Shown one piece after another: positions 1 through 12,617 of a stretch of DNA of 32,635 bases (positions are counted from its first letter, which is position 1; every line of letters starts with the position of its first letter). Below the pieces are notes generated by a model. The model saw nothing but the letters and a program-made list of their open reading frames with translations, ran no database searches and had not been told where the DNA came from. The position numbers and the translations under genes were made by a program. Source of the stretch: Octopus bimaculoides (lineage: Eukaryota); contig NC_068991.1 in assembly GCF_001194135.2 (NCBI RefSeq), forward strand, positions 20,760,438 to 20,793,072, in the 5' to 3' direction.

Positions 1-750
1 TCTAGAATGAATAGCTTTATCAATGTGTTTCAAATCCAGGGATGCAAACTACCCCTGACCCTGTCTGTTTCACTTGAAATATAAACAAAACCTTTAACAG
101 GCTTAGAGAGAACAAGGGTGTTTGTGCTCCCTTGTTTGCAAGTTGAGACGCAGCAGTTGTTTTATGAGAGATGTCCAACTGCTGTGTTGGAGAAGGCAAG
201 CCAACCTTTCTCTTCTTAGCAAATGACAAGGGTGGTTGTTACAAGGTCATAATATTAATTGAATAATAATGAAAAGCAGATTGATAAAGTTTCTAAATAA
301 CAGTTTCTGTTTTTTTTTTTTTTTAGATGTAAGTAGGGAATACTGTCAAATTGGCTGTCCTGTTTTTCTGGCGATTGTTTTCTTAGCAGCTAGAGGAAAG
401 ATATATGATGTCAACGTAAGCTGGAAGAATAAATTAAGCTGAGAGTGATATTATATAGTAATAATATCAAATGGTAGCAGGTAAATATTATAGATTGGAT
501 AGTAAAGTGTTCACAAGAGTAAGATATCAGTGAGATCATTAGCCAGTTAGTAACCATACATTCATTAGTAAGGAAGCAGTGATGTCATCAACTAATTAAT
601 ACTAGTGAAAAAAATGTACGTTTGTTAATAAGGTAACAACTACATCAAAAATTAGTTTACAAAGGAAGGTAATATAGATTAGGCAGTAAGGTTACAATGA
701 TGTCATCATTTAACTAGTATGATAAGAATAATATCACCAATTAACTAGTA

Positions 751-840
751 AAGATAATAATGATGTCACAGATTAATTATAAGATACCAGTGATGTCACA
801 GATTAATTATAAGATACCAGTGATGTCACAGATTAATTAC
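751..840. repeat. 30-bp minisatellite, 3 units (AAGATACCAGTGATGTCACAGATTAATTAT), within a more degenerate array (about 400-960)
   Basis: TGATGTCACAGATTAATTA at 761, 791 and 821; related TGATGTCA cores at about 406, 580 and 698. Confidence 0.9.
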
Positions 841-2262
841 CAAGGTAACCATGACAGTAAACGTTAGTAACAACAATCAATCTCTTATATTACTTGATAC
901 TGGTGGAGAATTACCAAAAGTAACTGTGATGTACAATTAACAAGATCAGTTAGTAATTAGTACGAATATAATTAGTTAAATAACAGTCACAAATTGATTC
1001 TAAATTAAATTTAACCAATTAATCACAACAGAATGCTATCAAGTGAAAGTATACATTATGTTACATGCAACATTATTAAACTGAGAAGAAAAAACAAAAC
1101 TAAATTGAGATGGATATATGAAATAATTAGTGAGGAATCAAATGATTGCCATTGATGCTGAATGCCAGAATCTTGATTTTCTTTGAGTTCTACAATATAA
1201 TTCATGGTTAACACTGTTGTGTGAGTCTACAAAATTTATTCTGTTGAATTTCTTTGTTGCAAAGATTAAGATTTAGCTTCTGTATTTTTCACCTTGAGAA
1301 TATCGAATACATTGTTTGAAACCAAACATTAAATTTCCATCTAAAAGTGGAATGTAACCCCTTTACTGCAGAAATAAGTGCTGAGTGGGGACCAGCATGC
1401 GAAAGAAGAGACAATAAACCCGTTTCCTCTGCATGTCATAAAAGGAAACTAAAAGAGGTTGTGGTAGCATTTGCACTTTGACCTCATAAAAAACTCTCGC
1501 TAGCAACCACTGCTCAAACAGATCCATGGGTTAGAGGGTTATCACCGGAGTGGTGCAGAAGTGTCATCCACCAGGAATAGGGAACCACCAACAAATGGTA
1601 GATGGAGTGATGTGCTGTTACAGGACATCTGCCCATACTACTACTACTACTATGGAAATCTGATGTCTCCACTCAAATTTTCATTACCTTCAAACTACAG
1701 AAAGCGGTTTTATATACCAATCTTACCAATCTATCTTTTGTGGAAGAATATCATGTTTGAAATTATTTTTACTGAGATATGTCGATTGTATTGAGTTCTA
1801 TTTTCTGAGAGATATTTAACATTATTACAGGAATATCCAGGAAATTCAACTTCATAGTTGAAGGGTTAATAAAAAAATGCAAAAAAACAATGACAACTCA
1901 CAACTAAAATTTATATCTGATACATAATATATTAGTTCTTTTTTTTATTGAATTTCAGTTTGGATTTATTAATATATATATATATATATATATAATATAA
2001 TATAAAGATAAAATCTTTTTAAGAATTTATCAAGTAGTCAGCGTGAAAAAAACCTCATAAGGAAAAAAAACCATCATTTTTTCCTATAAATATATATAAT
2101 ATAATCTATATAAGGGCATTATTATAAAATAAAGCCTCACGCTTAGAGGGACTTAATAAGTCAAAACTACCAAAATAAGCACATGTTTACCGATCGCGGG
2201 GAATGCAACCTTCAAAGCTAACCTCCTAAAAACTTTTAACTTAACGGCAAACCACTGGTTTC

Positions 2263-3052
2263 NNNNNNNNNNNNNNNNNNNNNNNNNNNNNNNNNNNNNN
2301 NNNNNNNNNNNNNNNNNNNNNNNNNNNNNNNNNNNNNNNNNNNNNNNNNNNNNNNNNNNNNNNNNNNNNNNNNNNNNNNNNNNNNNNNNNNNNNNNNNNN
2401 NNNNNNNNNNNNNNNNNNNNNNNNNNNNNNNNNNNNNNNNNNNNNNNNNNNNNNNNNNNNNNNNNNNNNNNNNNNNNNNNNNNNNNNNNNNNNNNNNNNN
2501 NNNNNNNNNNNNNNNNNNNNNNNNNNNNNNNNNNNNNNNNNNNNNNNNNNNNNNNNNNNNNNNNNNNNNNNNNNNNNNNNNNNNNNNNNNNNNNNNNNNN
2601 NNNNNNNNNNNNNNNNNNNNNNNNNNNNNNNNNNNNNNNNNNNNNNNNNNNNNNNNNNNNNNNNNNNNNNNNNNNNNNNNNNNNNNNNNNNNNNNNNNNN
2701 NNNNNNNNNNNNNNNNNNNNNNNNNNNNNNNNNNNNNNNNNNNNNNNNNNNNNNNNNNNNNNNNNNNNNNNNNNNNNNNNNNNNNNNNNNNNNNNNNNNN
2801 NNNNNNNNNNNNNNNNNNNNNNNNNNNNNNNNNNNNNNNNNNNNNNNNNNNNNNNNNNNNNNNNNNNNNNNNNNNNNNNNNNNNNNNNNNNNNNNNNNNN
2901 NNNNNNNNNNNNNNNNNNNNNNNNNNNNNNNNNNNNNNNNNNNNNNNNNNNNNNNNNNNNNNNNNNNNNNNNNNNNNNNNNNNNNNNNNNNNNNNNNNNN
3001 NNNNNNNNNNNNNNNNNNNNNNNNNNNNNNNNNNNNNNNNNNNNNNNNNNNN
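2263..3052. other. Assembly gap (N)
   Basis: Run of N. Confidence 1.
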
Positions 3053-3127
3053 ATAGATGAGCATAAATTAAATTTAAAATCATGTATAGGAATTATTTCT
3101 TCACCGAAGAAAAAGGTGTCTATTTAC

Positions 3128-3190
3128 CGTTTCAAAAGATATGTCATCATCATTGTTTTTCTCTTGCCGTTCAACTTCAGCTAGTTCCTC
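3128..3190 (-). CDS. TRIP11: Exon 10 (63 nt, phase 0-0): EELAEVERQEKNNDDDISFET
   Basis: Acceptor tttttatttgtgggttag|GAG and donor ACG|gtaaat; open and acidic. No stop, so the gene continues into the gap or beyond position 1. Confidence 0.8.
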
Positions 3191-6100
3191 CTAACCCACA
3201 AATAAAAAAGAAAAGAAAAAAAAGAACAAAATTATTTTTTTTTTAAATCTTTTTTTAATAGGTACAATTTGTTTGAAATTATAAATACAAAGAGAGCTGA
3301 ACATCTAATGCAAAAGGGTTGAACACATAACCTGCAAGCCAGATATGGCCTTTGGCAATGTTTAGCCTAGTCACAAGCAGATCTGGCTTGCTCAATTTTA
3401 TGATAAGAATTTGTAATTATTATTTTTGAATTATAAACTGTTGCATTAAATATATATCCTTAACATGCTTTCAGAGTCAGAGTTGAGCTTGACTACAGTT
3501 GCGGTAACATCAGTTCTGATTAGTGAAAACAGAAACTTTAGGGAATTTCAACCGATCAAGAAGATTATAAATTGATATACTAAAATATGTGACTTATTTT
3601 CCCTTCACTTAGTCTATACACACTCAGCCAAATAAAGCTTTTTGTTTGTTTTTAGTTTACAGACATGTTTGCCAAATAGATTTGAACTCAGAATGTAAAA
3701 AGTCAAAAAAAATGTCATTTAGTGAGTATAGGTAGCTAGATATGTAGATAGAGTGGGAGTTCTATAGGTAGCTAAATAAACAGATGATGCTACCACAGCA
3801 CGTACATAACCAACTACCAAGAACCACTACGGCAGTATTAAAGATTAAATGAAATAAAAATTCACTCACCTTTTGGTCTTGAGCCAAATTGTTAGCAGAC
3901 TCCTTATCTTTCAGTTGATTCCGCAAATTCATAAGAACATCTTCAAGAGCTTCTTTCTCAAGCTGCCAATCAGACTTGAGGTACTCAAAACGCTCCAGCT
4001 CCCTCTCATATTTTTCAACTTGATTCTGCAGAGCAGACATCTGTTCTTGCATCTCTGATCTAGAGGCATGCCTATTTTGGCAGTCGTTCTCATCCAAACC
4101 ATGCATGGAACTGTCCTCAAACGGTCTATGTGAGGCACTAAAAACAGAAAGAACCAGTTTCATATATCACCACCATATTATGCAGGTGAGTGAGTGAGTA
4201 TGTATGTGTGTGCATTTGTATGTATGCTTGAGTGAATGCAAATGTATATATGTATATATGAGACAATTTAATCAGAATATTATCTTCTTTTATTTTATTT
4301 TACTAGCTTCGGTCTTTGGATTGGGACCAAACTGGAGCAATGCTTTCAAGGGATATTTTTAGTGGAACATAAATCTAGATTCAACAAATGGTTAAATTCT
4401 ACTCAGTGTAAAAGAAAGCCAACTTATTATACCACACACACACACACACACACAGTAATCATATAAGGCGGCGAGCTGGCAGAAACGTTAGCACGCCGGG
4501 CGTTCTGAGTTCATATTCTGCCGAGGTCAACTTTGCCTTTCATCCTTTCGGGGTCGATTAAATGAGTACCAGTTATGCACTGGTGGTCGATATAATCAAC
4601 TTAATCCGTTTGTCTGTCCTTGTATGTTCCCTCTGTGTGTAGCCCCTTGTGGGTAGTAAAGAAATAACACACAGTAGTCATCTATCATCATCATTTAGTG
4701 TTCTCTTTCTATGCTTGTATAGGTTGGATGGTTTGACATAGAGCTGGCTAGTAGGGAGCTGTCCAGACTCCAACAGTCTGGTGTGGCATGGTCTCTACAG
4801 CTGGATGCCCTTTCTAATGCCAACCACTTAACAGAGCGTGCTGTATGCTTTCTATGAACCACCAGCATGGATGCATTAACACAGCACTGACACAAATGCC
4901 TTTTCAGTGGTACTGGCACCTGAAGGACAAGTTTGTTATTGTAGAAGCAGCAATTTTACTTAGCTTGACATGTCTTATCAAGAACAGCAAATTGTCACAT
5001 CTCTCAGTCCCTTGTCATTTCCTCACTGAGGCCCAGCATCTGAAGATCCTTTCTCACTAATTATATTGTTTTATAACAGCTGGAAAGCTACATCAGTGAC
5101 TCGAAAACTAACAGTTTACAGCAAATGCACTTATCAAGATATATATAAAATTACATACTGTGTTTATGATGAGACCCCCCTTGGTCATGACTGATCATGG
5201 GATTGCACCTAGAAAGTTACCCTCCCAGGCACAAGTCAGAGCAAGGTTGTTTCTATAGAAGACCAGCAGTCGCCCATGCATACCGGCCTCCCCTCTCCAT
5301 GTCACTGATGTTATCCAAGGGAAAGGCAAAGGCCAATACAGCTTGGCGCCTGTGATGTTGCAACTCATTTCTACAGCTGAGTGAACTGGAGCAACGTGAA
5401 ATAAAAAGTGTTTTGCTCAAGAACACAACACGCAGCCCGGTCTGGGATTCAAACTCATTACCTCACGATCATAAGCTCAACACCCTAACCACTGAGCCAT
5501 GTGCCTTTACACTGTACTTATAACAAAAAAATATATGATTGTTTCAGAAAGAATTTTTGCAAAATTTTGTTGACATCTCTGATGATAGCAGAAGATATAG
5601 AAATTCAGTGGATGGAGAAAAAAGTTATATACACCCACTGTACTACTCTCCTTTGAAACAAACAAAATTACAACGTTTCAATTTAATCAACTGACCCCTC
5701 CTACTAAATATCTGACCCTCTGCTTATATTAGAAATTAACAGAATCAGTAGAGCATTAAGCAAAATTCCTTATGGTATTAGTTCCAGGTCTGTGTTCTAA
5801 GTCCAACATGTTGTGGTTAACTGGAATCAAAAAAATACCAGTTATTCAACTATTTACTTCTCTTCCAATATATTTGGCTGAGGCTGGAAATAATTATGGC
5901 CCTCATTCAAACTGAATATTATTTATACAATCATCATCATCATCATCATCATCACCACCACTACCACCACCACTTAAAGTCTGTTTTCCATGCTGGCATA
6001 GGTTGAATGGTTTGACAGGAGCTGGCAAACCAGAGAGCTGTACCAGCTCCAATCATCTCTTTTGGCTTGATATCTATGGCTGGATGCCCTTCCTAATACC

Positions 6101-9100
6101 AACCGCTTTACAGGATGTATTGGGTGCTTTTTATGTAGCACCCACATAAGTGCTTTTTTACATGGCACGCGCACAGGTGCTTTCTATGTGGCACCGGCAC
6201 AGTTACTCTTTATATGGCACCAGCACCATTGGGGTTCCCAAGTAACTTGCAAGACAAAGACCCTCTAGTTGAGAGAGAGAGGGAGTGGAACAGAGAAGTG
6301 GCTGTGTGCCAGGTGAGAGGGTTAGAGTATGATAAAGGGACAGAAATAGTTGTCTTACTAGAGAGGAGATAAACCACTATTACTTGAATAAAAAAAGATT
6401 GTGTTTTAATTATAAGGACTTGTAGAAAGGGCATGGCATTAAGACAAATGCTTTCCTCAGCACTGAGTAGAGAAAAAAATAATGAGTTCCAAAACCAGAT
6501 GTTTATTCTTTGCATGAAAACCAGGAATACTTACCGCTGAAGAACATTAGAACTTCCTTCTAATTCATCGTAATGGTCCCAACTCATGTTTCCTGGGAAA
6601 AAAAAAAAAAAAATCATTACATGTATGTGTGAGTGCATAGTAGCGGCATATATTTGCTCACCTCTAACATTAAAGATTTATCTAGTGTCTAAGGGAGATA
6701 ATTACTTCACTATTTTTCTTTTTCATTCTTTTTTCAGAAACGATGTATTTTTCTTTTTATTTATAAAAATAATTTAGCAGAAATAAATTCTGATACACTT
6801 TTAATTAAATACGTATTATTACAAGATTCTTAATAAAAAATTTAAACATTCTTTATTCTGTACTTAAAAAACACAAAAATGAAACTTGTTTATGTCCAGA
6901 AATACATTTTTAAAAATATATGTATTACTTAGTTTTCAGTTCCCAAACGAAATGAGTAAAAGAGGAATCTATATAGAGAGGAAATAATATGTATCATCTA
7001 GTACATATTTCAGACTCGGACAGCTAGAGGAAAGTGAGGCGATGAAGGGTAAATTGCTCTACTCAGAAACACGAGAGGCTAGTACATTTGTCATCGTTTA
7101 TCATGGAGGTTAGGTTCCACAAAGGAGGAGGGAAAAAGAAAAAGAAAAATGTTATATACATCAATGATAAATGAATACTAGAACAGATGGGTAAAACAGA
7201 TTTCATTTCAAAACTTCAAGTTATCCCTCTAACATACCCAAATAACACCTCCATAACATAATGTTATTGTTTCATGTTTGGGGAAATATTTAAAGTAAAT
7301 AACATGTGATCTGAAAAGTCTCATAATAACCAAACTCTTTGACTGATTGCTGACCTGTGTTTTGCGATAAGCATAACATGGTTCCCAATCAAGCATACCA
7401 TGTTATCCCAAATCAGTGATAAATGAATCAGTGATAAACGAGAACAGATGTACTGGTAACAAGTAAAGGATACTGGTTAGTAATGATGCTAAACACACAT
7501 CCTAAACTGTATATAAAAGATGAGCCACAGAACTGATTGTCAAAAAACTCGTTCACCAACCAAATACATTAGTTGACATTGTTTTATTTCTCAGTCTCTG
7601 CCACTGTTACTATGATGACCTTTGCTCAATTTGAACTAATTAGTTGGAATGTTCACTCTTCTTGTCTCTCATCTCATGTAATACTTATAATAGTGATTCA
7701 CTTCCCTGATCTCATATAAATTATTTAATACAGTCCTTCCTCCCCACAACTTCCAACTTCTACAATTCTATACCCAATCATATTTTACCTGCTGGCATGA
7801 AGTCACACATATATACAATATCATCATCTCTATCACTTCATTTTTTCATTTTTCATTTTATCTAGTTTCAGCTCATGAGCTGTGGCCATGCTGGGGCACC
7901 ACCATTTGGTGTTGCTACATAATTTTACTTCACGGATGCTTTTCAGGAATTGACATTTGATGCATGAGAGAGTTTGATGCAGCTGCCCTCATCTGCACCT
8001 CTTGCCGCGAAGTTGGTTCATCTGGGACACTTGACAGGAAGAGGTCCAGCTTTATTTTGAAGATACCTACATCCACCCCATGCAGGTCTCTCAGGTCCTT
8101 TGAGAGGATATTGAAGGGCTGTGGACCTCTGAAGCCCAGGCTATTGCAGTATCTTGTCCTACATCTTGATGGCATATTTGGAGTCCTTGGCACTATGCAG
8201 TGGCGTCCATTTTCTATGCTTTCATGAACTGGATAACTTGGCAGGAACTGGCAAGGTCAGAGGATGCACCAGGTTCCAGACTGTTTTGGTTTGGTTTCTA
8301 CAGCAGGATGCCCTTCCTAATGCCAATTAGTTTACAGAGAGTATTAGGTGCTTTTTACATGACATCATCACCAGAGCTTTTTATGTGGCATCATCATCAG
8401 TGCTTTTTACCTGGCAGCAACACCAATGCTTTTTGCCTGGTACCAGCACCAGTGTTTCTTTTTCTTTACCTGGCACCAGCACTAATGCATTTTAGCTGGC
8501 ATTGGCACCAGTGCTTTTTACATGAAATTCAAAATTCTAGGAGGGCTTTTAAAGGTCATGTCACTGCACTTGGAATTATTTCAAGTCAATAACAAAGCGC
8601 CCACATAGTCACTTGCCCTGCTAGAAATAACAGCCAATTCTCCATCAGATCACAATCTCCTTCTTCTTCAAGCAACCACAACTGAGATGAGATGAATTTA
8701 ACAATGCTACACCAGAAATCTCTGTCATCCATTAGCTTTAGTTGGTCCTCACCATTTGAGCGTAATCGTCGCACTTGTGCCAGTGGCACATGAAAAGACA
8801 TTCAAGCGAGATCGTTGCCAGTGCCGCTAGACTGGCTCCTGTGCAGGTGGCACGTAAAATACACCATTTCGAGCGTGGCCGTTGCCAGTACCTCCTGACT
8901 GGCCTTCGTGCCGGTGGCACGTACAAGCACCCACTACACTCTCGGAGTGGTTGGCATTAGGAAGGGCATCCAGCTGTAGAAACTCTGCCAAATCAGATTG
9001 GAGCCTGGTGTAGCCATCTGGTTTCACTAGTCCTCAGTCAAATCGTGCAACCCATGCTAGCATGGAAAGCGGACATTAAACGATAATGATGATGATGTGT

Positions 9101-9880
9101 ATCTGAGTTTAACAGCAATGTAGCTGAGTCGTTTTTATTCAATATATAAAAATCACATCCTACTGTCTTAAAAAAAAAGACAACATGTTGGATTATATAG
9201 TCCCCTTTATACATAAAGGTAGGTTAGTCATGGATGGATAGCCTTAAATCACAGGTTTACTTGATCAAGGTTGACCTGGAGCTACACAATGGCACGTGAT
9301 ATATTTAGCTTACCTTCTAATTCGTCAATCGGCTTTGAGTTTTCTTCCAAATGTTTCTTCAAGTTGCCATTTTCTTTGACGAGAACAAAATTTTGGTTCT
9401 TTAGGTCAGCAATTTCATTCCTTAGAGCTTCAAAAGTTTCTGGAAAAGCAACAAAAGACATCAAACATGTGTGTGTGTATTTTGTGTGTAAGCATGGGCG
9501 TGTGCGTATAACGTTTACTTCCCAACCACATAGCTACAAATTTAGTCCCACTGCATGGCATCTTGTGCAAGTACCACCAACTACAGCTCTGAGCTGACCA
9601 ATGCCAAGTGTGTCAGTCTGGTAGGCAGAAACTGGGGACTGAAAGAAGCCCATCATATTCATACAGACATATATGAGAGAGAGAGAGAGAGAGACGGAGG
9701 AGAGAGGAAGAGAAAGTGTGTGTGTGTGTGTGTGTGTGTGTACGTACCCTTGTACAGACATCACATGAAAGCTGTAAATGAGCATTGTCATACAAGTGAG
9801 GCTGTTCATTTCCAGACTTCCATACATGCATGTATGTATGTGTGTGTGTGTGTGTATGTATGTTTGTATGTATGTACCTG

Positions 9881-9913
<33 letters not shown>

Positions 9914-12566
9914 ATATCATAAAAGCAAAAGTATTGTTGTGTTTATGTCCTTGTAATTCATTAGTTTGGCAAGAGATTGATAAAATAAGTACCGAGTACA
10001 AGGCTTGAGAAAAAAGAAAATACTGGGGCCCCAGCATGAGTGCAGTCTGTCCTAGCATGACTGCAGCCTAATGGCTGAGTCAAGTAAAAGATATCCATTA
10101 ACCCTGAGGAAATAATCCAGCAGAAAGTTATAACAGAACATACACACTTCTAGCATATTGAACATTTGGCAATTTATCATAAAATCACACACACACACAC
10201 AAATACGTTATCAATACTTTTTACTCTTTTACTCTTTTACTTGTTTCAGTCATTTGAATGCGGCCATGCTGGAGCACCGCCTTTAGTCGAGCAAATCGAC
10301 CCCAGGACTTATTCTTTGTAAGCCTAATACTTATTCTATCGGTCTCTTTTGCCGAACCGCTAGGTTACGGGGACGTAAACACCCAGCATCGGTTGTCAAG
10401 CGATGTTGGTGGGACAAACACAGACACACACACATACATACATATATATACATATACATATATACGATGGGCTTCATTCAGTTTCCGTCTACCAGATCCA
10501 CTCACAAGGCTTTGGTCGGCCCAAGGATATAATAGAAGAAACTTGCCCAAGGTGCCAAGCAGTGGGATTGAACCCGGAACCATGTGGTTGGTAGGCAAGT
10601 TACTTACCACACAGCCACTCCTGCACCTAATCATCATCTTTTTACATCTGCTTTCCATGCTGGTCATTACAGTCCAAGTTCTTTCTTACTGAGAGCTGCT
10701 GCTATCACAGACTAGTGGTAGTATGTGTTGTTTTTGGTTGGTTTCAACAGCTTGATGCCCTTCCAAGCACCAACCAGTTTACAGAGTGCGTACACTGAGT
10801 GTATTTTTCATAGCCAAAGTACTAGGAAAGTTCTCAAATATAAATACACATAGATATATTATACACACACATATATAATGTGTATGTGTGTGCATGTATG
10901 TGTATATGTTGTTGTTGTTGGCACTCCGTCGCTTACAACGTTGAGGGTTCCAGTTGATCCGATCAACGAAACAGCCTGCTCGTGAAATTAACGTGCAAGT
11001 GGCTGAGCACTCCACAGACACGTGTACCCTTAACGTAGTTCTCGGGGATATTCAGCGTGACACAGTGTGACAAGGCTAACCCTTTGAATTACAGGCACAA
11101 CAGAAACAGGAAGTAAGAGTGAGAGAAAGTTGTGGTGAAAGAGTACAGCAGGGTTCGCCACCATCCCCCTGCCGCAGCCTCGTGGAGCTTTAGGTGTTTT
11201 CGCTCAATAAACACTCACAACGCCCGGTCTGGGAATCAAAACCGCGATCCTATGACCGCGAGTCCGCTGCCCTAACCACTGGGCCATTGCGCCTCCACTA
11301 TGTGTTTATACACACACATGTATGTTTGTATCATATAACCACCAGAAGAATGTTGCACTGATGCTTTCATTAGTGATGTGAGCCTTACAAAGTTTCTTAG
11401 TTTGCAAGGAAAGTCGGCTGAATCATCTCCTTCAGTTTACTCCTGAAGAAATTTTTGTCAGGATGAGTGATAAGACCACAGGTTATGAGATGTGCATCAA
11501 CAGGGCAACACTACCATTGTTAGATCAATGAAGGAAATGAGGAAATGTCTTGGAATACCTTTTTCTGATGGTAGTTGTGCAGTTGCCAAGTTACAGAGGC
11601 TAACCGGACCACAAATTCATGTGAGACAGGAAATCGATGCCCAGGAATCAATATCTTCTAAATATATATGATAAAACACCTGATTGTAAACTTACTTCTA
11701 TTCAATCTGTCTGGGCAGGTGACATTGACAAGATAACAGGCAAAAATTAACAACAGAATATAAAATCCACATCCACAATGTATACAAACAACCATTACAT
11801 TTTATCACCACATTTCATCCAAATTCATGCAATAGTCATATTTTTTATGGTTTTTATACTGGACACATCATCATCATCATCATTAAACATACGTTTTCCA
11901 CTCTGGCAGGGTTGGATGGTTTGACAGGAACAGGTAAGGTGGAGGGCTGCACCAGATTCCAGTCATTTGTTTTGGCAAGGTTTCTATGGCTGGATGCCCT
12001 TGCTAACGCGAACCATTTTACAGAGTTTACTAGGTGATTTTTATGTTGTGTCAGCATGGGTGGAGATTTATATATACAGAAAGCACTACAAGAAATTAAG
12101 AGTTAAAGATAGAAACAATTAATGATAGCCTCAAACAATGACAGCATTTTCCAGCCTACGTTTCGAATTTTGTAGACTAAAACTTACACCCCAAAAAAGG
12201 TGGGTCAAAGAAAAATCTCTGGTAGAATAGTTACCTGGGAGAAAGTGGGTGAGGGTAATTTATACAATGAGTATAGACTCAAGCACTGATTTTTATTTTT
12301 ACTGAAATATCGCTGGACTGGCTCCTGTGCAGGTGGCACGTAAAATACACCATTTTGAGCGTGGCTGTTGCCAGTACCTGCTGACTGGCCTTCGTGCTGG
12401 TGGCACATAAAAGCACCCACTACACTCTCGGAGTGGTTGGCGTTAGGAAGGGCATCCAGCTGTAGAAACTCTGCCGAATCAGATTGGAGTCTGGTGTAGC
12501 CATCTGGTTCACTAGTCCTCAGTCAAATCGTCCAACCCATGCTAGCATGGAAAGCAGACATTAAAC

Positions 12567-12617
<51 letters not shown>

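Noticed and set aside
20-229. 69-aa minus-strand ORF (KKRKVGLPSP..) as the next TRIP11 exon
   Set aside because: No good acceptor or donor, a stop just upstream in frame, and no coiled-coil character.
751-840. CRISPR-like appearance of ~30-bp repeats (also 8348-8525 and 27979-28079)
   Set aside because: Units are directly tandem with no unique spacers, in a eukaryotic intron with no cas genes.
1380-1652. GC-richer segment ending in (TAC)n, possible retroposon
   Set aside because: Single copy in the window and no clear A/B box or TSD; cannot be supported.
1636-1840. Possible terminal exons (ctttctgtag|FEGNENLSGDIRFP* and tctctcag|KIELNTIDISQ*)
   Set aside because: TRIP11 should continue far beyond this point to a GRAB domain; the peptides have no support and could be chance.
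2030-2262. CpG-containing segment next to the first gap, possible DNA transposon or Helitron end
   Set aside because: Cut by the gap; no second end or second copy to test.
2153-3083. Long ORFs in the track here and at 13615-14653, 26369-27164 and 27242-27688
   Set aside because: They stay open only because they cross N gaps.
3334-3391. 11-bp inverted repeat GCAAGCCAGAT / ATCTGGCTTGC with a 36-nt loop
   Set aside because: A stem of this length at this spacing is not unexpected by chance in about 30 kb.
7218-7452. Possible Tigger/pogo-like MITE with a 15-bp internal duplication (AATCAGTGATAAA(T/C)G)
   Set aside because: Putative TIRs are too degenerate to call.
12188-12234. 47-nt segment with a good acceptor and a gtaagt donor
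   Set aside because: Turns phase 1 into phase 0, which is incompatible with exon 7; at most a poison exon, with no support.
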